The translations under genes were made by a program, and so were the position numbers. Below, in pieces: positions 37,235-46,509 of a stretch of DNA of 64,000 nt (within the stretch, counting starts at the first letter, position 1; the number at the start of each line of letters is the position of its first letter). Source of the DNA: an uncultured Methanomicrobiaceae archaeon (GTDB taxonomy: Archaea; Halobacteriota; Methanomicrobia; Methanomicrobiales; Methanomicrobiaceae); assembly GCA_964465295.1 (NCBI GenBank), contig CAYXKC010000001.1:43161-107160 (forward strand), written 5' to 3'. The notes below the pieces were generated by a model that saw nothing but the letters and a program-made list of their open reading frames with translations, did not search any database and had not been told where the DNA came from.

Positions 37235-37281
37235 CCTGATTGGATCTCCTGACTGGATCTCCTGACTGGATCTCCTGATTG
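37235..37281. repeat. 13-bp direct tandem repeat, about 3.6 copies (unit TGGATCTCCTGAC)
   Basis: Read directly from the sequence: cctgat|TGGATCTCCTGAC|TGGATCTCCTGAC|TGGATCTCCTGAT|tg. An inverted half-site, AGATCCA, lies at 37222-37228. Confidence 0.9.
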
Positions 37282-37611
37282 TCTTTCAGGCAAAAGCAGA
37301 ATATTGTGGATTAGAAGGGCTTATCCGGGATTATTAAAACTATAACTAAAAAAGGGGATTCTATGGGCATATTTGCTGGAATTAACTAATAATCAGAGGT
37401 TTCAAAAAAATCGTCAAACTTTCATAAACCATATGATGCTATATTTATGTCTTTGACTTAGGATAATAAAATTTCATCTTAAATTTCGATAAATTTCCGG
37501 CAATCATCCGGTCTGGAAAATAATGTGATATCAATATCCGGTTTATCGGGATCATTTTCAGATTGTTCTCAAAACAGTCATATTCCCCAAGATCGAAACT
37601 ACTAGACGAAG

Positions 37612-40257
37612 ATGACCAAAGGACCAACACCTGCTATGAAGCAGTTCTATGAGATGAAATCAAAATATCCTAATACAGTCCTTTTTTTCCAGATGGGGGA
37701 CTTTTACGAGACGTTCGGCGAGGATGCCGAAGCAGTGTCACGTGAACTGGATATTACGCTTACATCTCGTGGAAAGGATATAAACGGGGAGAAGATGCCT
37801 CTTGCCGGGGTTCCGATTCATGCAGGAGAGTCATATATCTCACGCCTTGTAAAGAAGGGATACAGGGTTGCCGTATGCGATCAGGTGGAGGATCCGAAGA
37901 AGGCAAAGGGAATTGTAAAAAGGGATGTTGTCAGGATAGTCACTCCCGGGACGGTAATCGATTCAGGCATGATTGAAAACTCCGGTCCGAGTTATCTCAT
38001 GTCTGTAATGCCTGACAGGGACGGAGAAGATCTTGGTGTCTCCTTCCTTGACATCTCAACTGGAGATTTTTTTATATCTGCATTGCCCGCAGGTGATCTT
38101 TATTCATGGCTTAATTCGGAGATCACCCGTTACAGGCCATCAGAATGCATCGTTCCGGAAAACTGCCTGAATAAAATATCTGAATATATCCGCTCAAAGG
38201 ATGTGCTTGTTACCGAATACGATTCTCTGAATTTTGATCATGATAACGCACAGGGTTTTTTACTTAAAAAATTCGGAGTCAATTCGCTTGAGGGGTTCGG
38301 GTGCATCGGGATGGATCTTTCGGTATCCGCTGCAGGCGCCTGTCTTTCATATGCATGCGATACCCAGAAGTCGGATCTAACACATATCAGGGGCTTTTCT
38401 ACGAAAATTCCTTCAGGAAATATGGTCCTCGATGCCATCACTCTAAGGAACCTCGAGATCCTTGAAAATATAAGAACCCGCCAGGGTAAGAACTCATTAT
38501 ATGACCTGTTGAATGAGGTAAAGACCCCGATGGGCAGCAGGACTCTCAGGTCCTGGGTAATATCCCCGTTAATAGACAGGAACGAGATCAATTCAAGGCT
38601 TGATTCGGTAGAATTTTTCTATAACAATATCTACATTCGTGAATCTCTGCGTTCGATGCTCCACAGGTATGCCGACATAGAGAGAATTGCAGCCAGAATT
38701 TCGTATGGTAATGCCGGCCCAAGGGAGCTTGTAACCCTCAAAAACTCTCTTGCAAAAATACCGGAAATAATCCTGCTGCTATCCGGTGAGAGGATCTCTG
38801 TACCTGAACTGGTTCGCCTGTCACTCGGGACAATGGAGCCTCTTGACGGCTGTGTAGATCTGATAGAGAGATCCATTGAAGAAGAACCGCCTGTACTTGC
38901 CAGAACGGGAGGAGTGATCAGGAGGGGTTTTAACAGCGATCTTGATGAACTTAGGGATTCCGCAGGTTCGGCAAAGGAGTGGATTGCCCGCTTCCAGCAG
39001 GATGAAAGGGAGAGGACGGGAATAAAATCCCTGAAAGTAAGTTATAACAAAGTCTTCGGGTATTTTATAGAAGTAACCAAATCCAACCTGAAGTTAGTTC
39101 CTCCGGAATATATCCGAAAACAGACTACAGTGAATGGTGAAAGATTTACTCTTCCTCTTCTGCAGGAAAAGGAATCACTCATCGTCAATGCAGAAGAGAA
39201 GTATAACGCACTTGAACAGGCGCTCTATGCGGAGATACTATCAAAGCTTAAGGAAAAGGTGGAAGATATCCTTGACACTGCAAAGGTCATCGGACGTCTG
39301 GATGTAATCTCAGGTTTTGCCCATATATCATCAGAATATAACTATGTAAGACCCGTTATCGAAGATTCCGCACGACTGATAATCACTGACGGGAGGCACC
39401 CTGTCGTTGAGAGAAATCAGTCTTTTGGGTTTGTTCCAAACGATGCCGGGGTTGATTCCTCCGAGAATCAGATCCTAATAATTACCGGGGCAAATATGGC
39501 AGGCAAATCCACTTATATGCGTGAGGTTGCCATCCTGTGCATCATGGCCCAGGCAGGTTGCTTCGTTCCTGCATCAGGGGCCGTTATTGGGATTATCGAC
39601 AGGATATTTACAAGAGTCGGGGCATTTGACGACCTTTCAAGCGGGCAGAGCACCTTTATGGTCGAGATGCTCGAACTCGCAAATATTCTTAATAACGTAA
39701 CCGATAAAAGTCTTGTAATCCTGGACGAGATAGGGAGAGGGACAAGCACTCTCGACGGCTACTCAATCGCTCATGCAGTGATCGAATATCTCCACGGAAC
39801 CGGAAATTCAGGTCCCAGGACGCTCTTTGCGACTCATTTTCATGAGATGGTTGGAATAGAGGGGCGGCTTAAAAGGGTAAAAAACTATCATTTTGCTGTA
39901 AAAGATACCGGTTCTGATATAGTATTCCTGAGAAAATTAATCCCGGGTGCAAGCGACAAAAGCTATGGTATCCATGTCGCAAAACTTGCCGGGATACCCC
40001 GGAAGGTACTAAAGAGATCTGAGGAGATACTAAGGGAAGAACAGGAGAAGGAGTACTCTGTTGTCGGGAGAAAGCAGCCCCTTTATACCCAGATGCTCCT
40101 TGTTGACTCTCCGGGAGTTATGGAATCTTCAATGGATGAAAACACGAAGAAACTTGTAAAAAGGATAAAGGATATCGATCCTGATTCTCTGACTCCCAGG
40201 GAAGCCCTTTCAATTATATACCAGCTCAGGGAAGATGCAGGGGGAATTGACAAATGA
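37612..40257 (+). CDS. mutS: DNA mismatch repair protein MutS (bacterial type)
   Basis: Contains TPAMKQFYEMKSKYPNTVLFFQMGDFYE, Walker A GANMAGKST, and STFMVEM...DEIGRGTST. 881 aa. Confidence 0.95.
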   Translation: MTKGPTPAMKQFYEMKSKYPNTVLFFQMGDFYETFGEDAEAVSRELDITLTSRGKDINGEKMPLAGVPIHAGESYISRLVKKGYRVAVCDQVEDPKKAKGIVKRDVVRIVTPGTVIDSGMIENSGPSYLMSVMPDRDGEDLGVSFLDISTGDFFISALPAGDLYSWLNSEITRYRPSECIVPENCLNKISEYIRSKDVLVTEYDSLNFDHDNAQGFLLKKFGVNSLEGFGCIGMDLSVSAAGACLSYACDTQKSDLTHIRGFSTKIPSGNMVLDAITLRNLEILENIRTRQGKNSLYDLLNEVKTPMGSRTLRSWVISPLIDRNEINSRLDSVEFFYNNIYIRESLRSMLHRYADIERIAARISYGNAGPRELVTLKNSLAKIPEIILLLSGERISVPELVRLSLGTMEPLDGCVDLIERSIEEEPPVLARTGGVIRRGFNSDLDELRDSAGSAKEWIARFQQDERERTGIKSLKVSYNKVFGYFIEVTKSNLKLVPPEYIRKQTTVNGERFTLPLLQEKESLIVNAEEKYNALEQALYAEILSKLKEKVEDILDTAKVIGRLDVISGFAHISSEYNYVRPVIEDSARLIITDGRHPVVERNQSFGFVPNDAGVDSSENQILIITGANMAGKSTYMREVAILCIMAQAGCFVPASGAVIGIIDRIFTRVGAFDDLSSGQSTFMVEMLELANILNNVTDKSLVILDEIGRGTSTLDGYSIAHAVIEYLHGTGNSGPRTLFATHFHEMVGIEGRLKRVKNYHFAVKDTGSDIVFLRKLIPGASDKSYGIHVAKLAGIPRKVLKRSEEILREEQEKEYSVVGRKQPLYTQMLLVDSPGVMESSMDENTKKLVKRIKDIDPDSLTPREALSIIYQLREDAGGIDK

Positions 40258-42101
40258 CTGGTCCTGAATCAAAGACGATACATATCCTGAATAATTCAAC
40301 GATAAATAAAATTGCTGCCGGAGAAGTCATTGAAAGGCCTGCATCTGTTGTAAAGGAACTTGTTGAAAACTCACTTGATGCCGATTCATCTCTCATTAAG
40401 GTAGATATCACATCAGATAACAGGGGGATCACAAAGATCAGGGTGTCGGATGACGGGTGCGGGATGGATGGTGAATCTGCATTATTGTCATTCTCCAGGC
40501 ATGCCACGAGTAAAATATCACGTATATCCGATCTGTACGAGATTTCAACAATGGGTTTTAGGGGAGAGGCACTTGCAAGCATCGCGGCCGTCTCAAAGGT
40601 TACAATGATAACAAAACAAAGGACTATTGAACCGTCTCCGGGAACCAGAATTATAATCGAAGGGGGAGATATTGTTGAAAACAACCCTTTCAGCGCTCCT
40701 GACGGCACAAGTGTTCTTGTTGAGAAACTCTTTTTCAATACGCCTGTAAGAAAAAAGTTCCTGAAATCAGTAAAGACTGAAATCAGTCAGATATACAGGA
40801 TTATGGAGGAGACTGCCCTTGCCAACAGCAGGATTGCCTTTCAGCTCTCTCACAATGAAAAAATACGCCTTTCTGTGGGAAAATCAGGATCTCTGTTGGA
40901 TACTGTTACATACATCTACGGTACCGACTATGCAAAGGATATGATTCCTGTCCGGAGTCTTTCGACCTTTATGAAGCTTGAAGGTCTTTGTTCCCCCCCT
41001 TCTCTAGATGCTCCGAATTCGAGGAAGGTCATAATATCCGTCAATAACAGGCCCGTATATTCACTTCCACTGATAAGGGCGGTAAAAAGAGCCTACGGGA
41101 CCCTCCTCCCGAGAGACAGGTATCCTGTCTGTTTTCTTAACATAAGGATTGACAGGAAGGTCGTGGATGTGAACGTTCATCCGGCAAAAAGAGAAGTCAG
41201 GTTTTCAAGGGAGAAAGAGATCTCGGATGAGATAGTCTCTTCTATACGTGAATCACTTGATTCAAAGAACCTGCTTTTTTCATATGATACAGGAAGGGCA
41301 AATATAATCCAGAAGACAATTACGGACGATGAGAGTCCTGCAAAGCCGCTATTCTGCATATCCTCTGAAGAAACCGGATACAATGCCTTCCCTGAAAGCA
41401 ACCGGCAAGATCCGGAAAGCGCGATAAAATCATCTTTCAATGCATTTTCGTCCACTGACTCCCGCCTTAGATCTTCTGAAGAGACAGCAAAGTGTGATGG
41501 AAACTCCCGGAGACTTCCTCACATGAAAGTGATCGGGCAGGTTGATGATTCTTATATTGTCACACAGATGCGGGGAAGCAATGAGGATGAGATGGTGATA
41601 ATCGATCAGCATGCCGCCCACGAGAGGATAATGTATGAACTGTTCACTGAAAAGAGGGAATCCGGGAGGATATCGCAGGAACTTCTTGTTCCTTCTGTTG
41701 TATCCTTAAAACCCACAGAATATGCAGTTCTATCAGAAAACATTCAGCTTCTTGAGGATGAAGGATTTTTTCTTGAAGAATTTGGAAAGGATACATATGC
41801 GCTTAGGGCAGTACCGGTAATTCTTGGAAAGAAGGCCGGCATCGAGACTCTCGGGGATATTATCACAGATCTTCTTGAGGATAACGGGTCGCCCCCGCTC
41901 GGGTTTTTGAAAGAGAAGATCTCGGCCACAGTCTCATGCCATGCAGCCATTAAAGCCGGGACACAGTTGTCGATGGAGCAGATGGAAAGACTGGTCGACC
42001 AGTTATCGAAGACAAAAAATCCTTACTCCTGCCCCCACGGGAGGCCCACTATGATCTCATTTACAAAGACTAAACTTGATTCTATGTTTAAAAGAAGTTA
42101 G
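40254..42101 (+). CDS. mutL: DNA mismatch repair protein MutL
   Basis: Contains the GHKL ATPase motifs INKIAAGEVIERPASVVKELVENSLDA and DDGCGM. The C-terminal domain has DQHAAHERI. ATGA overlap with the mutS stop. Confidence 0.95.
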   Translation: MTGPESKTIHILNNSTINKIAAGEVIERPASVVKELVENSLDADSSLIKVDITSDNRGITKIRVSDDGCGMDGESALLSFSRHATSKISRISDLYEISTMGFRGEALASIAAVSKVTMITKQRTIEPSPGTRIIIEGGDIVENNPFSAPDGTSVLVEKLFFNTPVRKKFLKSVKTEISQIYRIMEETALANSRIAFQLSHNEKIRLSVGKSGSLLDTVTYIYGTDYAKDMIPVRSLSTFMKLEGLCSPPSLDAPNSRKVIISVNNRPVYSLPLIRAVKRAYGTLLPRDRYPVCFLNIRIDRKVVDVNVHPAKREVRFSREKEISDEIVSSIRESLDSKNLLFSYDTGRANIIQKTITDDESPAKPLFCISSEETGYNAFPESNRQDPESAIKSSFNAFSSTDSRLRSSEETAKCDGNSRRLPHMKVIGQVDDSYIVTQMRGSNEDEMVIIDQHAAHERIMYELFTEKRESGRISQELLVPSVVSLKPTEYAVLSENIQLLEDEGFFLEEFGKDTYALRAVPVILGKKAGIETLGDIITDLLEDNGSPPLGFLKEKISATVSCHAAIKAGTQLSMEQMERLVDQLSKTKNPYSCPHGRPTMISFTKTKLDSMFKRS

Positions 42102-42105
42102 GGGA

Positions 42106-42669
42106 TTATTCCTTTAGTTTCGCCTGGACGATAAACCCTGTTGCCAGGCAGACGATTCCCATTACGAGTATGAATACTCCAAGGATCTGTACAAGAATAA
42201 CCTCCATAAATACCGGCATAAGGATAATAAAGAACCCGATTGCAAGTGCAATTATCCCTGAAATGAATAAAAGCAATCTATACAATCCACTCTCCTTTTC
42301 CGCGGTAAAACCAAGCCATAGATCTCCCATGCCTGAAATAAAAGCCCACATCGCAATGAATACGGCTATTGTAAACCACATTATCTCGATGTTCATCAGA
42401 ACAAGTATGCCGATCAGTGCGCCTATTATTCCCAGTACAATCAGGATGATCCTCGATCTGCCGATCTCCTGACCCACAGCGCCTTTAATGATCACCGATA
42501 TGCTGTATATGACTATCAGCGCACCCAGGAAATATGACATAAGGTTCAAAACTCCCTGGGGCCAGATTATCAGTATAGACCCGAAGATTGCTGCAATAAG
42601 TCCCTGAAGAAGGAAGATCCACCAGTTTACCGGGGAAAAACCCTCCTCAATAATAACTACATCTGTCAT
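42106..42669 (-). CDS. HdeD/DUF308-family membrane protein
   Basis: Repeated TM pairs; NWWIFLLQGLIAAIFGSILIIWP is typical of DUF308. I prefer the ATG at 42669 with GGAGGG upstream; the track start at 42696 is a GTG. Confidence 0.7.
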   Translation of the reverse strand: MTDVVIIEEGFSPVNWWIFLLQGLIAAIFGSILIIWPQGVLNLMSYFLGALIVIYSISVIIKGAVGQEIGRSRIILIVLGIIGALIGILVLMNIEIMWFTIAVFIAMWAFISGMGDLWLGFTAEKESGLYRLLLFISGIIALAIGFFIILMPVFMEVILVQILGVFILVMGIVCLATGFIVQAKLKE

Positions 42670-42749
42670 TAAACCCTCCGGAAAAAGTATTATCACAATT
42701 GTATTAATATTTACCCATATTCGGGAAATTTAAGGGAGGAATGTTCTTT

Positions 42750-43319
42750 TCAACATTTGCAGAGGTCCCTGGTGATTCTCAATATGAACAGGCTTTCGTC
42801 CTCCACCTTTCTTTCAGCAGCGATAAATGTAATAAATCCGAGGTCTGAGAAAATCTTCCCCGTCTCCCCGGCTCCAGTCAGTGATGAGACAAGAAGCAGG
42901 CATCTTCCATTTTTTGACAGAACAGCATCCAGTCCCGCGGCAAATCTCCTTATCGTCTCTCTCCCGTCTTTACCCCCGTCAAGAGCGTATTCAAGCCAGT
43001 CATCGAGCTTTTCATCTTCTCCTGTCGGCAGATACGGCGGATTGAAAAGAACAAGGTCAAAGATCCCGCATATCCCTGAGAGCAGATCCGCTCTTATGAC
43101 TTCACAACCGCATTTTCTTGCGGAGATACATGCAAAAGGGTTAATGTCTGTAGATATCAGGAACCCCCCCATCTCCTTTAGTCCGGACGAGATATACCCG
43201 CTACCTGTTCCAATTTCTATGACACGGTCTCCGGGCTTTATTTCACGCAGGGCCGTTTCATATAGCAGAATAGTGTCCTCTGCCGGCTGGTATACCTGTT
43301 CATGATAATATGTAGACAT
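42750..43319 (-). CDS. HemK/PrmC-related SAM-dependent methyltransferase (Mtq2-like)
   Basis: Contains VIEIGTGSGYIS (SAM motif I) and LFNPPYLP (the NPPY motif). 189 aa. Confidence 0.8.
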   Translation of the reverse strand: MSTYYHEQVYQPAEDTILLYETALREIKPGDRVIEIGTGSGYISSGLKEMGGFLISTDINPFACISARKCGCEVIRADLLSGICGIFDLVLFNPPYLPTGEDEKLDDWLEYALDGGKDGRETIRRFAAGLDAVLSKNGRCLLLVSSLTGAGETGKIFSDLGFITFIAAERKVEDESLFILRITRDLCKC

Positions 43320-43415
43320 ATCTCTGGTGTGATCCCGGGGTCATTTGGGAATTGCAGAATAGTATTTTCATAAATATTCTTAAAACCTTTTGATTACTAA
43401 AATACTGTTAGGAAA

Positions 43416-45155
43416 ATGGATCTTAATATAGGAAAGGCAGGGGGGAGGGATTACAGCATCAATGCCCAGGAGCTTGTAACCGGCAGAACCTGCATCATTG
43501 CGCAGTCCGGAGCCGGAAAGAGCTGGAGCATAGCTGTTCTTTGCGAAAAGATGTGTTCGGCGGATATAGGCTTTTGCCTGATCGATACAGAAGGAGAATA
43601 TTACTCGTTAAAAGAAAAATTTGATAAAATATGGTGGGTTGGGGCCGAAGGTGCCGATTCCGAATGTGAAGATATCGAGATGGATTATGATATTGAAAGG
43701 GTCAACCTGAAGCATCTAATGGAGAGGGCGGTTGCCGAAAGCAGGCCGGTAATTTTTGATGTATCCGAGGTCGATATGGTGCCTAGGGTAACGCGCCTTG
43801 TAAATATACTATACGATGTATCAACCGAACAGAGGAAACCCTATCTTTTAATTGTAGAAGAGGCGGACAAGTTCATTCCGCAGTCAAAAGACTCGATAAA
43901 AAAGATCGAAGAGATCTCCCGCAGGGGGAGAAAGAGAGGTCTCGGGCTTCTCGTAGCAACGCAGAGGCCTGCCATCGTGACAAAGAACGTTCTTTCACAG
44001 TGCAACAGCCAGATTATCGGAAAATTATCCATAGATAATGATCTAAGGGCTGTTGGATTATTCTTCAGCTCGAAGCAGGAAGTGGAAGAGCTTACCACAC
44101 TATCTCCAGGGGATTTTTTCGTAATGGGCACGATTACCCATGAAAAGACCAAGATGAGATTCGGGCGGAGGCTTACAAAGCACAGGGGGCTTACCCCAAT
44201 GCTTGAAGAAAAAATAATTACGGCTGAAACCGTCCCGGAGGATGAACCTGAACCTGAGGACGATATCTCATTCAGGCTTGACTCCGATGCTGTTATTGAC
44301 GAAGATGCCGGGAAAGATGCCGGGCCTGAGAAACAGGCTGCCGCCGAAAGCGTCCCTGCCGCACCAAAGGTCAGGAAGAAAAAACCTGTTTCAAAGACTA
44401 CGATCGATGTAAAAGGGGGAAAGGATTGCATAATTCCTGCGTTGACGAGAGACGAGATACTTGAAAATGCAAATTCAAGGTTGAAGAAACGCCGTTTCGG
44501 TGTCGGTGTCGATGAAAGGCTGATCTCTGCCGGGATATTTTACAGGCCTGTATTCTACGTTTTGGTTAGGTATATAAGGAACAGGATGTTAAGATCCGGC
44601 TCGACTCAGGAGACCTCTTTCTTCCTTGACGGGCTGACAGGCGATTGTGTTGATATTTCAGGCGGTATTGAATTCAGGCATTGTTTTAGCGAATATCTCG
44701 GGCTTGATGAAGATACGATTATCGTAATCGACGGGATGCCTGTATCCGGAGAGACTTCGGTTGAGATTGAAGCGAGAACAAGGTTCCCCAGGAAAGCAGT
44801 AGATAAAGCGGTCTCATTCCTCCTTGAACGCAAACTGATTACCGACGGGGAGGCAGTCGGTGAATCGGGTGAGACAAAGTATGTACCTCTTGCCAAACAG
44901 AGGCTCCCCCGTCTCGGGACAAGAATGGTTAAGACCGATTTCCATTTCGGCATCCCGGTGGAAGGGGAGGTAATCGAAGAGACCGTGCAGAAAGACGATA
45001 TCAGGACGATACTGAAGGCAATTGAGCCTACATCCGAGATTGTTGAGTTCAAGGTCTTTTATTATCCGTTATACAAGATAAAAATCGCGGCAGATCGTGA
45101 AGATAAAACAATATATATCGATGCGCTGAGAGGGAAAGAGGTTCGCTGGAATTAA
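43416..45155 (+). CDS. HerA/FtsK-like P-loop ATPase (DUF87) with a long uncharacterised C-terminal extension
   Basis: Walker A IIAQSGAGKSWS, Walker B LLIVEEADKF, and LLVATQRPA within residues 1-260. Next comes an acidic/Lys-rich linker. An about 250-aa C-terminal region follows, with two similar beta-rich modules and a putative wHTH. Confidence 0.7.
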   Translation: MDLNIGKAGGRDYSINAQELVTGRTCIIAQSGAGKSWSIAVLCEKMCSADIGFCLIDTEGEYYSLKEKFDKIWWVGAEGADSECEDIEMDYDIERVNLKHLMERAVAESRPVIFDVSEVDMVPRVTRLVNILYDVSTEQRKPYLLIVEEADKFIPQSKDSIKKIEEISRRGRKRGLGLLVATQRPAIVTKNVLSQCNSQIIGKLSIDNDLRAVGLFFSSKQEVEELTTLSPGDFFVMGTITHEKTKMRFGRRLTKHRGLTPMLEEKIITAETVPEDEPEPEDDISFRLDSDAVIDEDAGKDAGPEKQAAAESVPAAPKVRKKKPVSKTTIDVKGGKDCIIPALTRDEILENANSRLKKRRFGVGVDERLISAGIFYRPVFYVLVRYIRNRMLRSGSTQETSFFLDGLTGDCVDISGGIEFRHCFSEYLGLDEDTIIVIDGMPVSGETSVEIEARTRFPRKAVDKAVSFLLERKLITDGEAVGESGETKYVPLAKQRLPRLGTRMVKTDFHFGIPVEGEVIEETVQKDDIRTILKAIEPTSEIVEFKVFYYPLYKIKIAADREDKTIYIDALRGKEVRWN

Positions 45156-45158
45156 AAT

Positions 45159-45932
45159 CTATGATACCGCGATGTTGGAGATGTCTGAAAAATCCTTCAG
45201 GCTGAGTTCTTCGGCCCTCTTTTTCAGCATCTCCCCGGGAACGGTTTCTATTATTTTCTTAAACCTGTCTTCACCTATTATCGTCCGGGATGCCTTCAGC
45301 GATTTTCCCAGTGTTTTTCTCCTGTGTGAAAAAAGCTCTCTTACCAGGATCGAGTAGAATTCACGGTCATTAACAGGATATGTAAGTTCATCCTTCATTG
45401 TAATTTTTACGACCATCGAATCGACAGCCGGGGGAGGGGAGAAGGATTCGGGAGGGAGATTAAGAAGTGGCATTACTTTTGCATATGTCTGGACCATAAT
45501 TGAAAGTCTCCCGCAGTTGGATGTTCCTGGAAGAGCCATCATCCTGAGGGCGAACTCTTTTTGGTACATCAGTACGGCCTCTTCAAATCCGTGTTCCAAA
45601 AGCCTGAATGTAATCTTTGATGATGCGGAATATGGCAGATTGGCAACAACTACATCAAAATCAGGATACACGCACCTGACGGCATCGGCGTTGATTAAAA
45701 TCAGCTGTCCCGAATCGGTCTCATTTTGAAATTTGGATGAGAGCAATTCCATCATCACGCGATCGATTTCGATTGCTATGACTTTTGCTCCTGCTTTAAG
45801 AAGCTCACCGGTAAGTATTCCCTTTCCCGGGCCGATCTCAAGAACAGTTTTATCTTTTATATCCGAAAAATTGGCAATCTTCCTGACAGCATCCAAATCC
45901 GCCAGGAAGTGCTGATCATGGGGCGCACTCAT
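45159..45932 (-). CDS. rsmA: 16S rRNA (adenine1518/1519-N6)-dimethyltransferase RsmA/KsgA (Dim1)
   Basis: Contains HFL...VLEIGPGKGILT...NLPYSASS. 257 aa. Confidence 0.9.
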   Translation of the reverse strand: MSAPHDQHFLADLDAVRKIANFSDIKDKTVLEIGPGKGILTGELLKAGAKVIAIEIDRVMMELLSSKFQNETDSGQLILINADAVRCVYPDFDVVVANLPYSASSKITFRLLEHGFEEAVLMYQKEFALRMMALPGTSNCGRLSIMVQTYAKVMPLLNLPPESFSPPPAVDSMVVKITMKDELTYPVNDREFYSILVRELFSHRRKTLGKSLKASRTIIGEDRFKKIIETVPGEMLKKRAEELSLKDFSDISNIAVS

Positions 45933-46489
45933 TTTGAAGTAAACAGATGATATTTTATGTTTGGATCTTCGATCTCCTCGATTATTCGCTTTATAATCAT
46001 CTGTTCCGGGTGAGGTATCGTTTTTATCCTTGCACTGATATCAGAAAAATTCTCAAACAGTTTCCTGTTTCTCTCGTCCAGAATTTCCCACATCAGTTTC
46101 TTTCCTATTCCCGGGAGGAGGTGAAGCATATGCTGCTTTGACGTAATTGGTACAGCCTTGTTGAAGAATTCAACATATCTTGCTTCATTGTCCATAACAA
46201 TCTTTTCGATTGCGTATGGTAGCTCGAGCTTGGCTGTCTGGGTAAGATCCTCGTATCCGATCCTCCGCTTCACACGTTCGATTTTATCTCTTTCCTTATC
46301 TCCGATATAAACGGTTTCACCTGTCAGTATATCGGTACCCTTCGGTACAAGTTCCAAAAGCTTGAACTGATCCGTACCCACCGCCTGTACAAGAGGCTCC
46401 TTCTTAAACTGGGGCCTTCTCGCATCGCCGTGTCCCATAGGGAGAAAATCTAAAACCACTGCATAAAGCTCTTTTTTATCTGAACGCAT
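45929..46489 (-). CDS. DUF655-family putative RNA-binding protein
   Basis: N-terminal ELYAVVLDFLPMGH is the typical DUF655 pattern. It sits in the conserved archaeal position between rpoF/L21e and ksgA. Confidence 0.75.
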   Translation of the reverse strand: MRSDKKELYAVVLDFLPMGHGDARRPQFKKEPLVQAVGTDQFKLLELVPKGTDILTGETVYIGDKERDKIERVKRRIGYEDLTQTAKLELPYAIEKIVMDNEARYVEFFNKAVPITSKQHMLHLLPGIGKKLMWEILDERNRKLFENFSDISARIKTIPHPEQMIIKRIIEEIEDPNIKYHLFTSK

Positions 46490-46509
46490 AGAGGAACACC
46501 CCCTAAAAA

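Noticed and set aside
37235-37281. A CRISPR array.
   Set aside because: The only tandem repeat in the window has 13-bp units with no spacers. There are no cas genes and no 25-40-bp repeat/spacer periodicity anywhere in the window.
36939-37630. Small ORFs in the xerA-mutS spacer: 36939-37181 (+), 80 aa, and 37445-37630 (-), 61 aa.
   Set aside because: Both overlap the starts of the real flanking genes, lack an RBS, and have low-complexity or hydrophobic products. They are most likely non-coding.
42750-45155. A functional link between the divergent HemK-like methyltransferase and the HerA-like ATPase, for example a restriction or defence module.
   Set aside because: The methyltransferase has the protein-glutamine/NPPY HemK architecture and a housekeeping size. 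There is no nuclease or specificity subunit nearby. Divergent orientation across a 96-bp spacer is not evidence for a system.
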